The position numbers and the translations under genes were made by a program. The notes beneath the pieces were generated by a model that was not told the DNA's origin, searched no databases, and was given only the letters and a program-made list of their open reading frames with translations. From contig JAVBOT010000004.1 in NCBI GenBank assembly GCA_031550225.1, positions 6,107 to 70,106 on the forward strand: a DNA stretch of 64,000 nucleotides, read 5' to 3'. The first letter of the stretch is position 1. Every line of letters begins with the position of its first letter. This stretch comes from Desulfovibrio sp. (GTDB taxonomy: Bacteria; Desulfobacterota; Desulfovibrionia; Desulfovibrionales; Desulfovibrionaceae). Positions 1 through 8,852 of this stretch are shown piece by piece.

Positions 1-962
1 TGTAAAATGACCTGTCCGGCCCGGGCTTTGGCGCCGGGCGAGAGCACCTCGCCGATGCGCGCCGCGTTCCTGCCTAGAGGCAAAGCGCGCATAAGCGCCA
101 GGGCTTTTTCCGCCTTTGCCTCCGGGAGTATGCAGATGAGCTTGCCCTCATTGGCGAGGTACAAAGGATCAAGACCCAGCACGGCGCAGCCCGCGGCCAC
201 GCCGCTGTGCACGGGAATAGCTTCTTCCCGCGCAAGGCAGGCTACTCCGGATTGTGCGGCAATTTCATTCAGCGTGGTGGCAAGGCCTCCACGGGTGGGG
301 TCGCGCAGCACATGGATATCGCCAAGCTCCGCCAGCAAGGCCTCCACCATGCCGTTGAGCGCGGCGGAATCACTGGCGATGTCCGAGGAAAGGCAAAGCC
401 CTTCGCGCTGGGAAAGCACCGTAAGGCCATGGTCGCCCATGCTCCCGGACACGAGAATGGCGTCTCCGGGCAGGGCTCTGCTGCCGGAAGGGGCGGGATC
501 GGCCAGCACCTGCCCAAGGCCGGTGGTGGTGATGAATATTTTGTCAGCGGCCCCGCGCGGCACGACTTTGGTATCGCCGGCGACGATGCGCACCCCGGCC
601 TCCCGGGCGGCCCGGCCCATGCTGGCGGCAATACGTTCCAGAAGCTCCAGGGGCAGGCCTTCTTCCAGAATAAAGGCGCAGCTCACATACAAGGGGCGGG
701 CTCCGAGCATGGCCACGTCGTTGACTGTGCCATGCACGGCAAGGCTGCCGATGTTGCCGCCCGGAAACTCCAGGGGATCCACTGTGTACCCGTCCGTGCT
801 CATGGCCAGGGGTCCGTCAATGGCGGGGAGAAAAGCCGCGTCATCCATAGCGTCCAGGATGGGGTTGGAAAAGTGGCGCACAAAAAGTTCGCTTATCAGG
901 CGATGGGCGGATTTTCCCCCGCTGCCGTGGTCGAGAAGTATTCGGTCCGTATCCCGGGGCAT
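1..962 (-). CDS. hypE: Hydrogenase maturation carbamoyl dehydratase HypE (3' end runs off the window)
   Basis: Missing from the ORF track because there is no stop in the window. The reverse complement reads AGGAGA-N-ATG MPRDTDRILLDHGSGG..., then TVDPLEFPGGNIGSLAVHGTVNDVAM, GDTKVV, RDPTRGG and LGLDPLYLANEG. Lies directly downstream of hypD. Confidence 0.93.
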   Translation of the reverse strand, partial: MPRDTDRILLDHGSGGKSAHRLISELFVRHFSNPILDAMDDAAFLPAIDGPLAMSTDGYTVDPLEFPGGNIGSLAVHGTVNDVAMLGARPLYVSCAFILEEGLPLELLERIAASMGRAAREAGVRIVAGDTKVVPRGAADKIFITTTGLGQVLADPAPSGSRALPGDAILVSGSMGDHGLTVLSQREGLCLSSDIASDSAALNGMVEALLAELGDIHVLRDPTRGGLATTLNEIAAQSGVACLAREEAIPVHSGVAAGCAVLGLDPLYLANEGKLICILPEAKAEKALALMRALPLGRNAARIGEVLSPGAKARAGQVIL

Positions 963-1156
963 GGTATGTTTCTCCTGAGAGTGCGAGGCGCTTGTTGCGC
1001 AATGTTTTTTCGATGATCCTATTCCGGGTGGCGGATGCGGTTTGGCGTCAGCCGGGGAGGGCGGTTTTTTCGCTCCGGGCGAGTGCTTTTATGGTACATG
1101 GCCGGGGCAAAAAACAAAACCCGGCGCCGCACCGCGCCAAGCCGCGCTATTACCCC

Positions 1157-2299
1157 TTACTCCAGGGCATACTTGGCGTAAGCCGCGCAGCTCCCCTCGG
1201 TGGAAACCATGCAGGGGCCCACGGGCCTTGCCGGGGTGCAGGCCTTATTGAACAAGCGGCATTGGTTCGGCAGGATGCGGCCTTTGAGCACGTCGCCGCA
1301 CTGGCAGCCTTTTGTCTCAGGCAGATCCGGCAGGCTGAGGGCAAAGCGCCGCCGGGCGTCAAAGACGGCGTATTCTTCACGGATGGAGAGGCCGCTTTGG
1401 GGGATTTCGCCAATGCCGCGCCACAGTGCGCCGACAGGCTCAAAGACGGAAAAAAGGATCTCCCTGGCTCTCGGATTGCCGTGGTCGCTTACGGCGCGGC
1501 TATACTGATTCATGACCGCGGGTGCGTTTTCATTGCGCATTTTGATCATGAGCAGAAGGGATTGCAAAATATCCGCCGGAGCGAATCCGCCGATAACGGC
1601 GGGTTTTTGGTAGCGCCGGGCGACAAAGGCGTAGGGAGCCACCCCAAGGATGGTGGAGACGTGCCCGGGGAGCAAAAAGGCGTCAATTCCCGTGCGGCCT
1701 TCCTCGCTTTGCGCAAGGGATGCGGCGGCGGGATTTTCTTCGGCCAGCAAAGCCTCAAGGGCGGGGGGCACCAGCTTGTGGAAGGAGAGCACGCTGAAGT
1801 TCCGGATCCCCTCACGCGCGGCCATCTGTATGGTGGCGGCCACTGTGGGGGCCGTGGTTTCAAAGCCCACACCGAGGAAAACCACCTGGCGGTCTTGCCT
1901 GTTTTTTGCCAGGGTCAGGGCATCCAAGGGCGAATAGACAATCTCCACCTCAGCGCCGCCCGCTCTGGCTTCTTTGAGAGTTTTGCCGCCCGGGCCGGGA
2001 ACGCGCATCAAATCCCCAAACGTCGTGAGGGTCACCCCCTGTATTTGCGCAAGCGTCATGCAGGCGGCGATCTCCCGATCATGGGTCACGCATACGGGGC
2101 AGCCGGGGCCGGACAGATGCGTGATGTCCTCCGGCAGGAGCGAGCGCAGCCCGCTGCGAAAAATAGCCACGGTATGGGTGCCGCATACTTCCATAAAGCG
2201 TAAAGGGCCTTTCAATTCCGTGCGGATTTGTTCCAAAAGGGCGCGGCAGAGCTGCGGATCGGAAAAGGCCGCTTCAGCGGGCGGCTTGGCGTTGGACAT
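1157..2299 (-). CDS. hypD: Hydrogenase maturation protein HypD
   Basis: Motifs MEVCGTHT, GPGCPVCVT, GFETT, PGHVS and the C-terminal CQCG...C..F...C.P..PVGPCMVSTEGSC. Start placed at the second Met, 9 nt after AGGAG. Confidence 0.97.
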   Translation of the reverse strand: MSNAKPPAEAAFSDPQLCRALLEQIRTELKGPLRFMEVCGTHTVAIFRSGLRSLLPEDITHLSGPGCPVCVTHDREIAACMTLAQIQGVTLTTFGDLMRVPGPGGKTLKEARAGGAEVEIVYSPLDALTLAKNRQDRQVVFLGVGFETTAPTVAATIQMAAREGIRNFSVLSFHKLVPPALEALLAEENPAAASLAQSEEGRTGIDAFLLPGHVSTILGVAPYAFVARRYQKPAVIGGFAPADILQSLLLMIKMRNENAPAVMNQYSRAVSDHGNPRAREILFSVFEPVGALWRGIGEIPQSGLSIREEYAVFDARRRFALSLPDLPETKGCQCGDVLKGRILPNQCRLFNKACTPARPVGPCMVSTEGSCAAYAKYALE

Positions 2300-2317
2300 A
2301 GGGGGCATCTCCTTTGC

Positions 2318-2473
2318 TGGAAGTCATTTCATAATTCATTACGGAATGACTACTCACGCCGGACGGTAGTCCGGCGCGCCGCCGACAGCGGCGTGAGCGA
2401 GCCGAAAACCACGCTTTTCGGCGAAGCGCTCTTCATAAATCAGCCGGCGGCCGATTTATGAAATCAGCAGCAG
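2318..2473 (+). repeat. Family A MITE-like structured repeat, copy 1 (156 bp)
   Basis: Alignable by eye to copies at 12523, 37557, 38324, 41611 and 48818. Made of consecutive hairpins with imperfect TIRs TAG-N5-ATTTCATAA. Confidence 0.85.
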
Positions 2474-2480
2474 TTTTTTC

Positions 2481-2622
2481 GGGAGGGGCGCTGCCCCTCC
2501 CGGACCTCCCCGGCAGGGAGCGTGGCCCCCTGCACCCGCAAATTTCAAAAAGCGGCTTTGCCGCTTTTTGAAATGGGGACCAAGGGAATGCAATCCCCTT
2601 GCGGGGTTTGGGGCAGCGCCTC
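2481..2622. repeat. Inverted pair of GC-rich REP-like units flanking a perfect 15-bp hairpin (REPIN/BIME-like); possible terminator
   Basis: GGCGCTGCCCC...CCCCG-CAGGGGA unit at the left, its inverse at the right. ATTTCAAAAAGCGGC-TTT-GCCGCTTTTTGAAAT at 2542-2574. Confidence 0.6.
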
Positions 2623-2654
2623 AAAAACTCAAAAAGGCGTTGAGAGGCTCCCCC

Positions 2655-5600
2655 TTAAAACAAGCGTAACTGCTTTTCCGTACGGATTGTGTGGGCCGCC
2701 AGTGTGAAGCGGCGGATCAATCCCTCCGGCAAGAGTTGGAGAAAGCGCGAGGGCTTGAGGCGTATTTCACGACCGTACAGCGGGCGTTTCCCCGCATGGG
2801 AAAGATAGAGGGCATCTTTTGCGCGGCTGAGGGCCACATAGAACAGGCGCTGTTCTTCACGCATAAAGGCGGGGGATTTTTTCTCAGCCATTTTTCCTCT
2901 AAACATGTCCTGGCCGACAAAAGGGAGCAGGCCGTCTTCCAGAGCGGGCAAAAAGACGCTGCGAAACTCAAGGCCCTTGGCAGCGTGAATACTGAGAATT
3001 TGGACTTTTTCGCCTTTGGAGCGCGCAAGCTCCAGTTCGTTTTGCAGGCCGATCCAGGTAAAGAGCCCGGCCCAGTCGCCGTTGGCGTCATAAGCTTTGA
3101 CCAGTTCGCGAAATGCTGAAGAATGCCAGAACAAAGCATCAAAGGGGGGAAAGGCGGAAAGGTAGGCGGCAAAGCCCAAAGGACCCTTGACCAGCACTTT
3201 GTCCGGGCAGGGGGGCAGAGCGGTTTGTGCGTCTTGTGCGGAATCCGCCACGGCAATGCCCAGCATGCGTCCGGCTTCGCGCAGGATAAGCCGCACGCGC
3301 TCATCTTCCCAAAAGGCCTCGGCCACAGGTTCTAATACCGGCACTCCTATGTACGCCAGCGATTTGCGGTATATTGCGGCCAGGGCGTGCGTGCGCACAA
3401 GCACGGCGATATCGCCGGGGCTGTGGGGTTCGGCGGCTTGTTCCCCTTGTCCGGGTATGGCGGCTTTGCGCGCCGTGCTGTTTTGGACGGCGTCCTGCAA
3501 GGTGTGGCTGCCAAGGCCGATGAGCGCGGCCACGCGCTCGGCCACCCAGAGGCTTTCCGCCTCGGCCGAAGGAGCGGCGAACAGAACGATATGCGCTTTG
3601 CCCCGGCGCGCCGGGGTGAGGACAGGGGAGGAGGCCCATTCGCCCAAAGCCGCGTGGGATACGGATAAGATAGCCCCCAAAGAACGGTAGTTATGGCTGA
3701 GACGGATGATTTGCAGCCCCGGCCAGGCCGAGGCGAAAAAAAGAGAGCAGTCCCCATGCGCGCCCCGGAAGCCGTAAATGGACTGATCCGGATCGCCGAT
3801 GCCGAAAAAGCCTTCTCCCGTGGGGGAAAGCAAGGCCCGTACCAGGGTGAGCTGCAAAGGAGACAGATCCTGCACTTCATCCACCAGCACATGGCTCCAG
3901 TTCGGGGGGTACTGGCCGGAGCTCACCCGTTCAAGCCAGAATTCAAGGAGGTCCGTATAGTCCGCCAGGTTCCAGGCGCTTTTTTGGGCGGCATAGCGCT
4001 GAAGGAGCGGAGCAAAGTTTTGCGGCGGCGCTTCCAGGCGCTCCCGGGCCAGGTTGATGGCCTGCCAGGCGTCGCGGATGGTCTGGGGAGTTTCTTCGGC
4101 GTTGGCTTCGGCAAAAACGTGGCGGGCGCTTTCTTCGGAAAGCAGCACCGGCACGTCGGTATGGGTCTTGTGCCACAAATCAAAGGCCAGGGCGTGCAGG
4201 GTATCCGTACGCGGCAAGGAGCCACTCCTGCCTAAGGCCTCGGCCAGGCGCTCGTCCATTTCCGCCGCGGCCCTGCGGGTGAAGGTCACGGCCAAAATGC
4301 GTTTCGGGTTGATGCCCTGGTCCAGAAGCTGCGCTATCCTGGCAATGAGGGTGCGGGTTTTGCCCGTGCCGGGCCCTGCCAGCACAAGTACAGGTCCGGG
4401 GCCTGTCAAAACAGCCCGTTCCTGAGCTTCGTTAAGGCCGGAGTCGGTACTCTCGGCGTTTTCGGGAATAGGGGGAGCGTTTTGCGGCATGGCGGGGGGC
4501 TCGTCCTCGGCGGAGGAAAAGGAAAAATCGTCTTCCCGCTCCCGTTTTTTCAACTCAAGATGCTCGCGCAGGGCGGCCCCGGGCAGCACCAGCCCACGTT
4601 CGGCAGCGAGGGATTTTTTTTTGTTTGCGGCGCTTCCGGTTTCGCGCGCAAGCTCTTGGCGCTCGTCATCACCGAACATGCGCACGACGCCATACTCGCC
4701 GTCATAGCCGCCGCTCAGCCGCACCTCGCCCCGGCGCATCCTGCGCACTGCTTCGCCCAAGGGAGGGAAATAGCGGGCCAGCTCTTTTTCCGGCGTCTTG
4801 CGCAGCACCGTTAACTCCGGACCGAAGCGCTCCAGCAGTTTGGCATACATATCGCGCACCTTGCGGCTCTTGGGGCCCACATTAAAAATTTCGCCCAGTA
4901 TTTCAGGCAGGGGGACCAAGGAAATAAAGGCCCCTTCTCCCAGGTTCGGGGAATTTTCCGGTTCCGTGCAGGTGGCGGCGTCAAGCGCTTCTTTGCCCGG
5001 GGAAAGGTAGCGGGGCTGGTTGCGATCGGCCAGTTCCATAACCCTGTACAGCACGCCCAGGGTGAGGCGCTGGCCGCATACAGGGCAGATGCCGCCAAGC
5101 TCCCGTGTTTGTCCGGGGCTGAGCAGGACGTTGCATTTACGGTGCCCGTCCATGTGGTATTTTCCCTCTTCGGGAAAAAATTCCAAGGTGCCGCGAAAGC
5201 GCGTTTCCCGGGCCCGCTCCGGCTCTTTTAGGGCTTGGAGCATGCCCTGGTAAGAGATGGCCCCGGCAAAGACATTGGCCTCACGGCCCAAGTTTTCGCC
5301 GGAATGGGCGTCGGAATTGGAAATAAGGCGAAAACGATCCAAAGCGCTCCAAAGGCGATTCATGGCCGGGTCGGAAGAAAGCCCGGTTTCCAGGGCGAAA
5401 ACTTCAGAAGAGAGATCGGCGAAGCAGTCCTCCAAACGGTCAAAGCCGGACTGGGAACCAAACAGGGAAAACCAGGGCGTCCAGATATGCGCCGGTACAA
5501 GAAAAGCCTGAGGATGCGCCTCTAGAACCAGTTCCAGCAGATCGCGCGAATCAAGGCCAAGAATGGGCCGCCCGTCCGCGTTGAGGTTGCCTATTTGCGA

Positions 5601-6053
5601 CAAACGCAGGCTGAAACGCTCCGCGGTGTCCAGATCAGGCATGAACACCAGGTTATGCACTTTGCGCACCTTGCCGCCACGCTTGTAAATGGAGCTGATC
5701 TCCCCCTGGAGCATAAAATGCACGGGCGGCAGGAGGCACTGCGAGGCTTCTTCCGCCGCGCGCGCTCCCTTTGCGGATAAAAGCCCGGAGCGGCCAATAT
5801 TTTCGACCGGCAGTTCCGGCAGGGCGGACAAAGCGCTTGCCGGATCGTTGAGAACATATAAACCGCTTTGCTCGTCAAAACGCAGGCGGGCGCGCAGTTC
5901 TTCACGCCATTGCGGATGGGTGAAATCACCTGTGCCGACAACGGAAATACCCTTTAAACGGGCCCAGGCCGCCAGCAGCGCGATATCCAGCTTTTTGCTG
6001 GTGGCTCTGGAAAAGCGGGAATGGATGTGCAGATCGGCCAAAAATTCGCGCAT
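2655..6053 (-). CDS. Endonuclease Q (PHP/TIGR00375-like) fused to a UvrD/Rep-family SF1 helicase
   Basis: N-terminal ADLHIHS, GTGDFTHP, PAHIWTPWFS, ETGLSSD, SNSDAHS, GKYHxDGHRKC..CPVC. C-terminal LNEAQ, AGPGTGKT, DEVQD, GDPDQSIYGFRG, NYRS, SIHAAKGLEF, EEQRLFYVALSRA. Start trimmed to MREFLADLH. Confidence 0.92.
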   Translation of the reverse strand: MREFLADLHIHSRFSRATSKKLDIALLAAWARLKGISVVGTGDFTHPQWREELRARLRFDEQSGLYVLNDPASALSALPELPVENIGRSGLLSAKGARAAEEASQCLLPPVHFMLQGEISSIYKRGGKVRKVHNLVFMPDLDTAERFSLRLSQIGNLNADGRPILGLDSRDLLELVLEAHPQAFLVPAHIWTPWFSLFGSQSGFDRLEDCFADLSSEVFALETGLSSDPAMNRLWSALDRFRLISNSDAHSGENLGREANVFAGAISYQGMLQALKEPERARETRFRGTLEFFPEEGKYHMDGHRKCNVLLSPGQTRELGGICPVCGQRLTLGVLYRVMELADRNQPRYLSPGKEALDAATCTEPENSPNLGEGAFISLVPLPEILGEIFNVGPKSRKVRDMYAKLLERFGPELTVLRKTPEKELARYFPPLGEAVRRMRRGEVRLSGGYDGEYGVVRMFGDDERQELARETGSAANKKKSLAAERGLVLPGAALREHLELKKREREDDFSFSSAEDEPPAMPQNAPPIPENAESTDSGLNEAQERAVLTGPGPVLVLAGPGTGKTRTLIARIAQLLDQGINPKRILAVTFTRRAAAEMDERLAEALGRSGSLPRTDTLHALAFDLWHKTHTDVPVLLSEESARHVFAEANAEETPQTIRDAWQAINLARERLEAPPQNFAPLLQRYAAQKSAWNLADYTDLLEFWLERVSSGQYPPNWSHVLVDEVQDLSPLQLTLVRALLSPTGEGFFGIGDPDQSIYGFRGAHGDCSLFFASAWPGLQIIRLSHNYRSLGAILSVSHAALGEWASSPVLTPARRGKAHIVLFAAPSAEAESLWVAERVAALIGLGSHTLQDAVQNSTARKAAIPGQGEQAAEPHSPGDIAVLVRTHALAAIYRKSLAYIGVPVLEPVAEAFWEDERVRLILREAGRMLGIAVADSAQDAQTALPPCPDKVLVKGPLGFAAYLSAFPPFDALFWHSSAFRELVKAYDANGDWAGLFTWIGLQNELELARSKGEKVQILSIHAAKGLEFRSVFLPALEDGLLPFVGQDMFRGKMAEKKSPAFMREEQRLFYVALSRAKDALYLSHAGKRPLYGREIRLKPSRFLQLLPEGLIRRFTLAAHTIRTEKQLRLF

Positions 6054-6193
6054 ATGCAAAATAGAGGATAACAGGTGCAAACAGGAAAAAAAGGTCCGAA
6101 ACCGGGGCGGTCGCGTGTTTCCGGGCACAATAGCAAAAAGGTGTGGGACTGACAAATGGGGGGGGAGCCTTTTTGCCCCAACCGGAAAAGGAC

Positions 6194-6242
6194 TTGACAA
6201 ACAAGAGAATAAAACTACATTTCGTCATATAACGAAATGTAG
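6194..6242 (+). promoter_or_regulatory. sigma70 promoter overlapped by an ArsR/SmtB-type operator
   Basis: TTGACA(6194)-16 bp-TACATT(6216). Perfect 11-6-11 inverted repeat CTACATTTCGT-CATATA-ACGAAATGTAG at 6215-6242, just upstream of arsR. Confidence 0.8.
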
Positions 6243-6258
6243 AAATATAGGGGAGCCC

Positions 6259-6693
6259 ATGTTCGATTTCATCACCATAGCCAAAGCGCTCACGGATGAA
6301 AACCGTCTGCGCATCCTCATGGCTCTGCGCGAACGGGAGATGTGCGTCTGCCAGATTACAGGTTTTCTTGATCTTGCGCCTTCCACCACCTCCAAGCATT
6401 TGTCCGTGCTGCGCCAGGCCCGGCTTATTGAAAGCCGGAAAAAGGGCAAATGGGTTTACTACCGCGAGGCGGAGCTGCCCGAAGCGTCAAACATGGTGCA
6501 AAGGGCTCTGGACTGGGTTCACGGCGCGCTGGAGAACAATGCTTTGATGCAAGAAGATCAGCGGCGTATCCTGAGCATTTTAGCCCGGGAAGAATCGTTC
6601 TGTCCTGAAGAAGAGGGCGGCGCGGATCTTTTCCACTCGCTGGAGATCCACTCCTTGGCGGACGATGTGGAAAAATTGCCCCGCTCTTCCTGA
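6259..6693 (+). CDS. ArsR/SmtB-family metal-responsive repressor
   Basis: KALTDENRLRIL...EMCVCQI..LAPSTTSKHLSVLRQARLIESRKKGKWVYY winged HTH; GGGAG RBS. Confidence 0.93.
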   Translation: MFDFITIAKALTDENRLRILMALREREMCVCQITGFLDLAPSTTSKHLSVLRQARLIESRKKGKWVYYREAELPEASNMVQRALDWVHGALENNALMQEDQRRILSILAREESFCPEEEGGADLFHSLEIHSLADDVEKLPRSS

Positions 6694-6731
6694 TCTTTAG
6701 CATACCCGCTTACCATTGAAGGAGCTTTCAC

Positions 6732-8783
6732 ATGTCTTTGTTTGAAGCGCATCCGTGCACGCATTGCGCCTGTCGTGAATCAGAAGCGTCCGTGTCAAAA
6801 TCGCATGTCCGAGAGCCTGAGCGAACAGTGGAAGATACGGGAGAAGGGATTTTGCGACGTGCCGAATTGATGCTGCTCATAGGCAGCGCGTTGCTTTTTT
6901 GCGGCACCCTGATTTTTTCCGATGCCATTATGCGTTCTTTCGGGCTTTGGGGTTTGCGGTTTTTATACGGCATTCCGTATCTGCTGTGCGGTATTTCCAT
7001 TTACCGCGCCGCCTGGCAAAAGATGTGGAATGGGGACTATCTTAACGAATTCACTTTGATGTGCGGGGCGACTATTGCCGCCATCATTCTGGGCGAACTG
7101 CCCGAAGCGGTGGGGGTGATGCTTTTTTACCGCGTGGGCGAGTTTTTGCAGGAGTTGGCCACGGCGGGTTCGCGCCGTTCCATTAAAAACCTGCTGGCTT
7201 CAAAACCGGCCACGGCCCATGTGCTCAAAGACGGTACGGTTGTCACCCTCCCGGTGGAAGAGGTGGCGGTGGGGGCTCATGTCCAGGTGCGGGCCGGGGA
7301 AAAGATCCCCCTGGACGGCATGGTTCTGGAGGGCGAATCTCAGGTGGACCAAAGCCCGCTGACGGGAGAATCGCTCCCCATCGCCGCGCGTGCGGGGGTT
7401 GCTGTCTATGCCGGATCCCTTAATCTTTCCGGAGTGCTCACCGTTTTGGTGCAAAGCCGCTTTGCGGATACGCATGTGGCGCGGATTTTGAGTATGGTGG
7501 AACACGCCTCCAGGAACAAATCCCCCACGGAGCGGTTTATCAGCCGCTTTGCCCGCTACTACACGCCGGCTGTGGTTGTCCTTGCGCTTTTAACCGCGCT
7601 CTTGCCGCCTTTGCTTGTGCCGGAGGCGAAACTGGATACCTGGGTATACCGCGCTCTGGTGCTGCTGGTCATTTCCTGCCCTTGCGCTTTGCTCATATCC
7701 ATTCCGCTGGGATATTTCGGCGGTATAGGGGCGGCCTCGCGCAAGGGCATCCTCGTCAAAGGGGGCAATGTGCTGGATAACCTCATGTACGTGGATACCG
7801 TCGTGTTTGATAAAACCGGCACGCTGACAAAAGGTGTTTTTGCCGTCGCGGATGTCGTGCCCGCTCCCGGGATTGAGCAAGAGCGGCTCCTGCGGGCCGC
7901 CGCCTTTGCTGAAGAGGGATCCAACCATCCCATTGCCCGTTCTGTGCTGGCGTATGTCCGCAAGTGGGAAGAAACGGCCGCCCCTCCGGCTCCGCAGGGC
8001 GGGGAGCCTGTTGTATTGCCTTTGCCCGGCGCGCAAGGGCCGGGCGATTTCGGGGGGAAAGTCCTTGCGCGCGAAATTGCCGGCAAAGGCATGGAAGTTG
8101 TGCATAACGGAGTGCGCTATCTTGCGGGTACAGCCGAGTTGCTCCTCAATAGCGGCGTTACTCCACTGGCGGCTCCTGGCCGCGTCGGCGCCCTGGTGCA
8201 TGTGGCTGAAAACGATATTTGCCTGGGCTATATTCTCATTGCGGACAGCATCAGGAATGAATCGCGCCAAGCGGTTGCGGATCTGCGCGGCAACGGCTTT
8301 AAAACCTTTATGCTGACAGGCGACCGAAAAGAAACCGCTGCCTGGGCCGCCGGTGAACTTGGTCTTGACGGCTATGAAGCGGAGCTGTTGCCGGAAGGCA
8401 AAGTGGCGGCCATACAAAAGTTCGCGGGGGCTGAGGTACGAACTTCTCGAGCGGCTTTTGTGGGGGACGGCATCAACGACGCGCCTGTTTTGGCGCTCTC
8501 GCGCGTGGGCATAGCCATGGGCGGCATGGGGTCGGAGGCCGCCATCGAGGCCGCGGACGCGGTTATTTTGAATGACTCGCCCGCCAAGGTTCCAGAATTG
8601 TTCCGCCTGGCCCGGGATGTGCGGGCTATTATCTGGCAGAATATTTTCCTGGCCTTGGGGGTCAAAATAGCCTTCATGGGCCTTGGGGTCGTCGGCCTGA
8701 GCGGGTTGTGGGAGGCCGTTTTTGCCGATGTGGGGGTGGCTCTCCTGGCTGTGCTGAACGCCACGCGCGTTATGCGCAAATGA
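6732..8783 (+). CDS. cadA: Zn/Cd/Pb-exporting P1B-type ATPase (CadA/ZntA-like)
   Basis: Motifs TGES, CPCAL, DKTGTLT, HPIA, TGD, GDGINDAP and WEAVFADVG. Confidence 0.93.
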   Translation: MSLFEAHPCTHCACRESEASVSKSHVREPERTVEDTGEGILRRAELMLLIGSALLFCGTLIFSDAIMRSFGLWGLRFLYGIPYLLCGISIYRAAWQKMWNGDYLNEFTLMCGATIAAIILGELPEAVGVMLFYRVGEFLQELATAGSRRSIKNLLASKPATAHVLKDGTVVTLPVEEVAVGAHVQVRAGEKIPLDGMVLEGESQVDQSPLTGESLPIAARAGVAVYAGSLNLSGVLTVLVQSRFADTHVARILSMVEHASRNKSPTERFISRFARYYTPAVVVLALLTALLPPLLVPEAKLDTWVYRALVLLVISCPCALLISIPLGYFGGIGAASRKGILVKGGNVLDNLMYVDTVVFDKTGTLTKGVFAVADVVPAPGIEQERLLRAAAFAEEGSNHPIARSVLAYVRKWEETAAPPAPQGGEPVVLPLPGAQGPGDFGGKVLAREIAGKGMEVVHNGVRYLAGTAELLLNSGVTPLAAPGRVGALVHVAENDICLGYILIADSIRNESRQAVADLRGNGFKTFMLTGDRKETAAWAAGELGLDGYEAELLPEGKVAAIQKFAGAEVRTSRAAFVGDGINDAPVLALSRVGIAMGGMGSEAAIEAADAVILNDSPAKVPELFRLARDVRAIIWQNIFLALGVKIAFMGLGVVGLSGLWEAVFADVGVALLAVLNATRVMRK

Positions 8784-8852
8784 GTTTTTCCGCGGCAAGA
8801 CATGGAAACCCTCGCAGGCAGACGCCGGGAGCGTGTGGGGAGGCAAACACGC

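Noticed and set aside
7-2203. Long + strand ORFs (323, 269 and 403 aa)
   Set aside because: Antisense shadows of hypE and hypD, typical of GC-rich DNA. The same applies to most overlapping ORFs in the track.
5689-6258. 334-aa version of ArsR and 1181-aa version of the helicase
   Set aside because: The extensions overlap each other and the promoter/operator; family motifs begin at 6259 and 6053.
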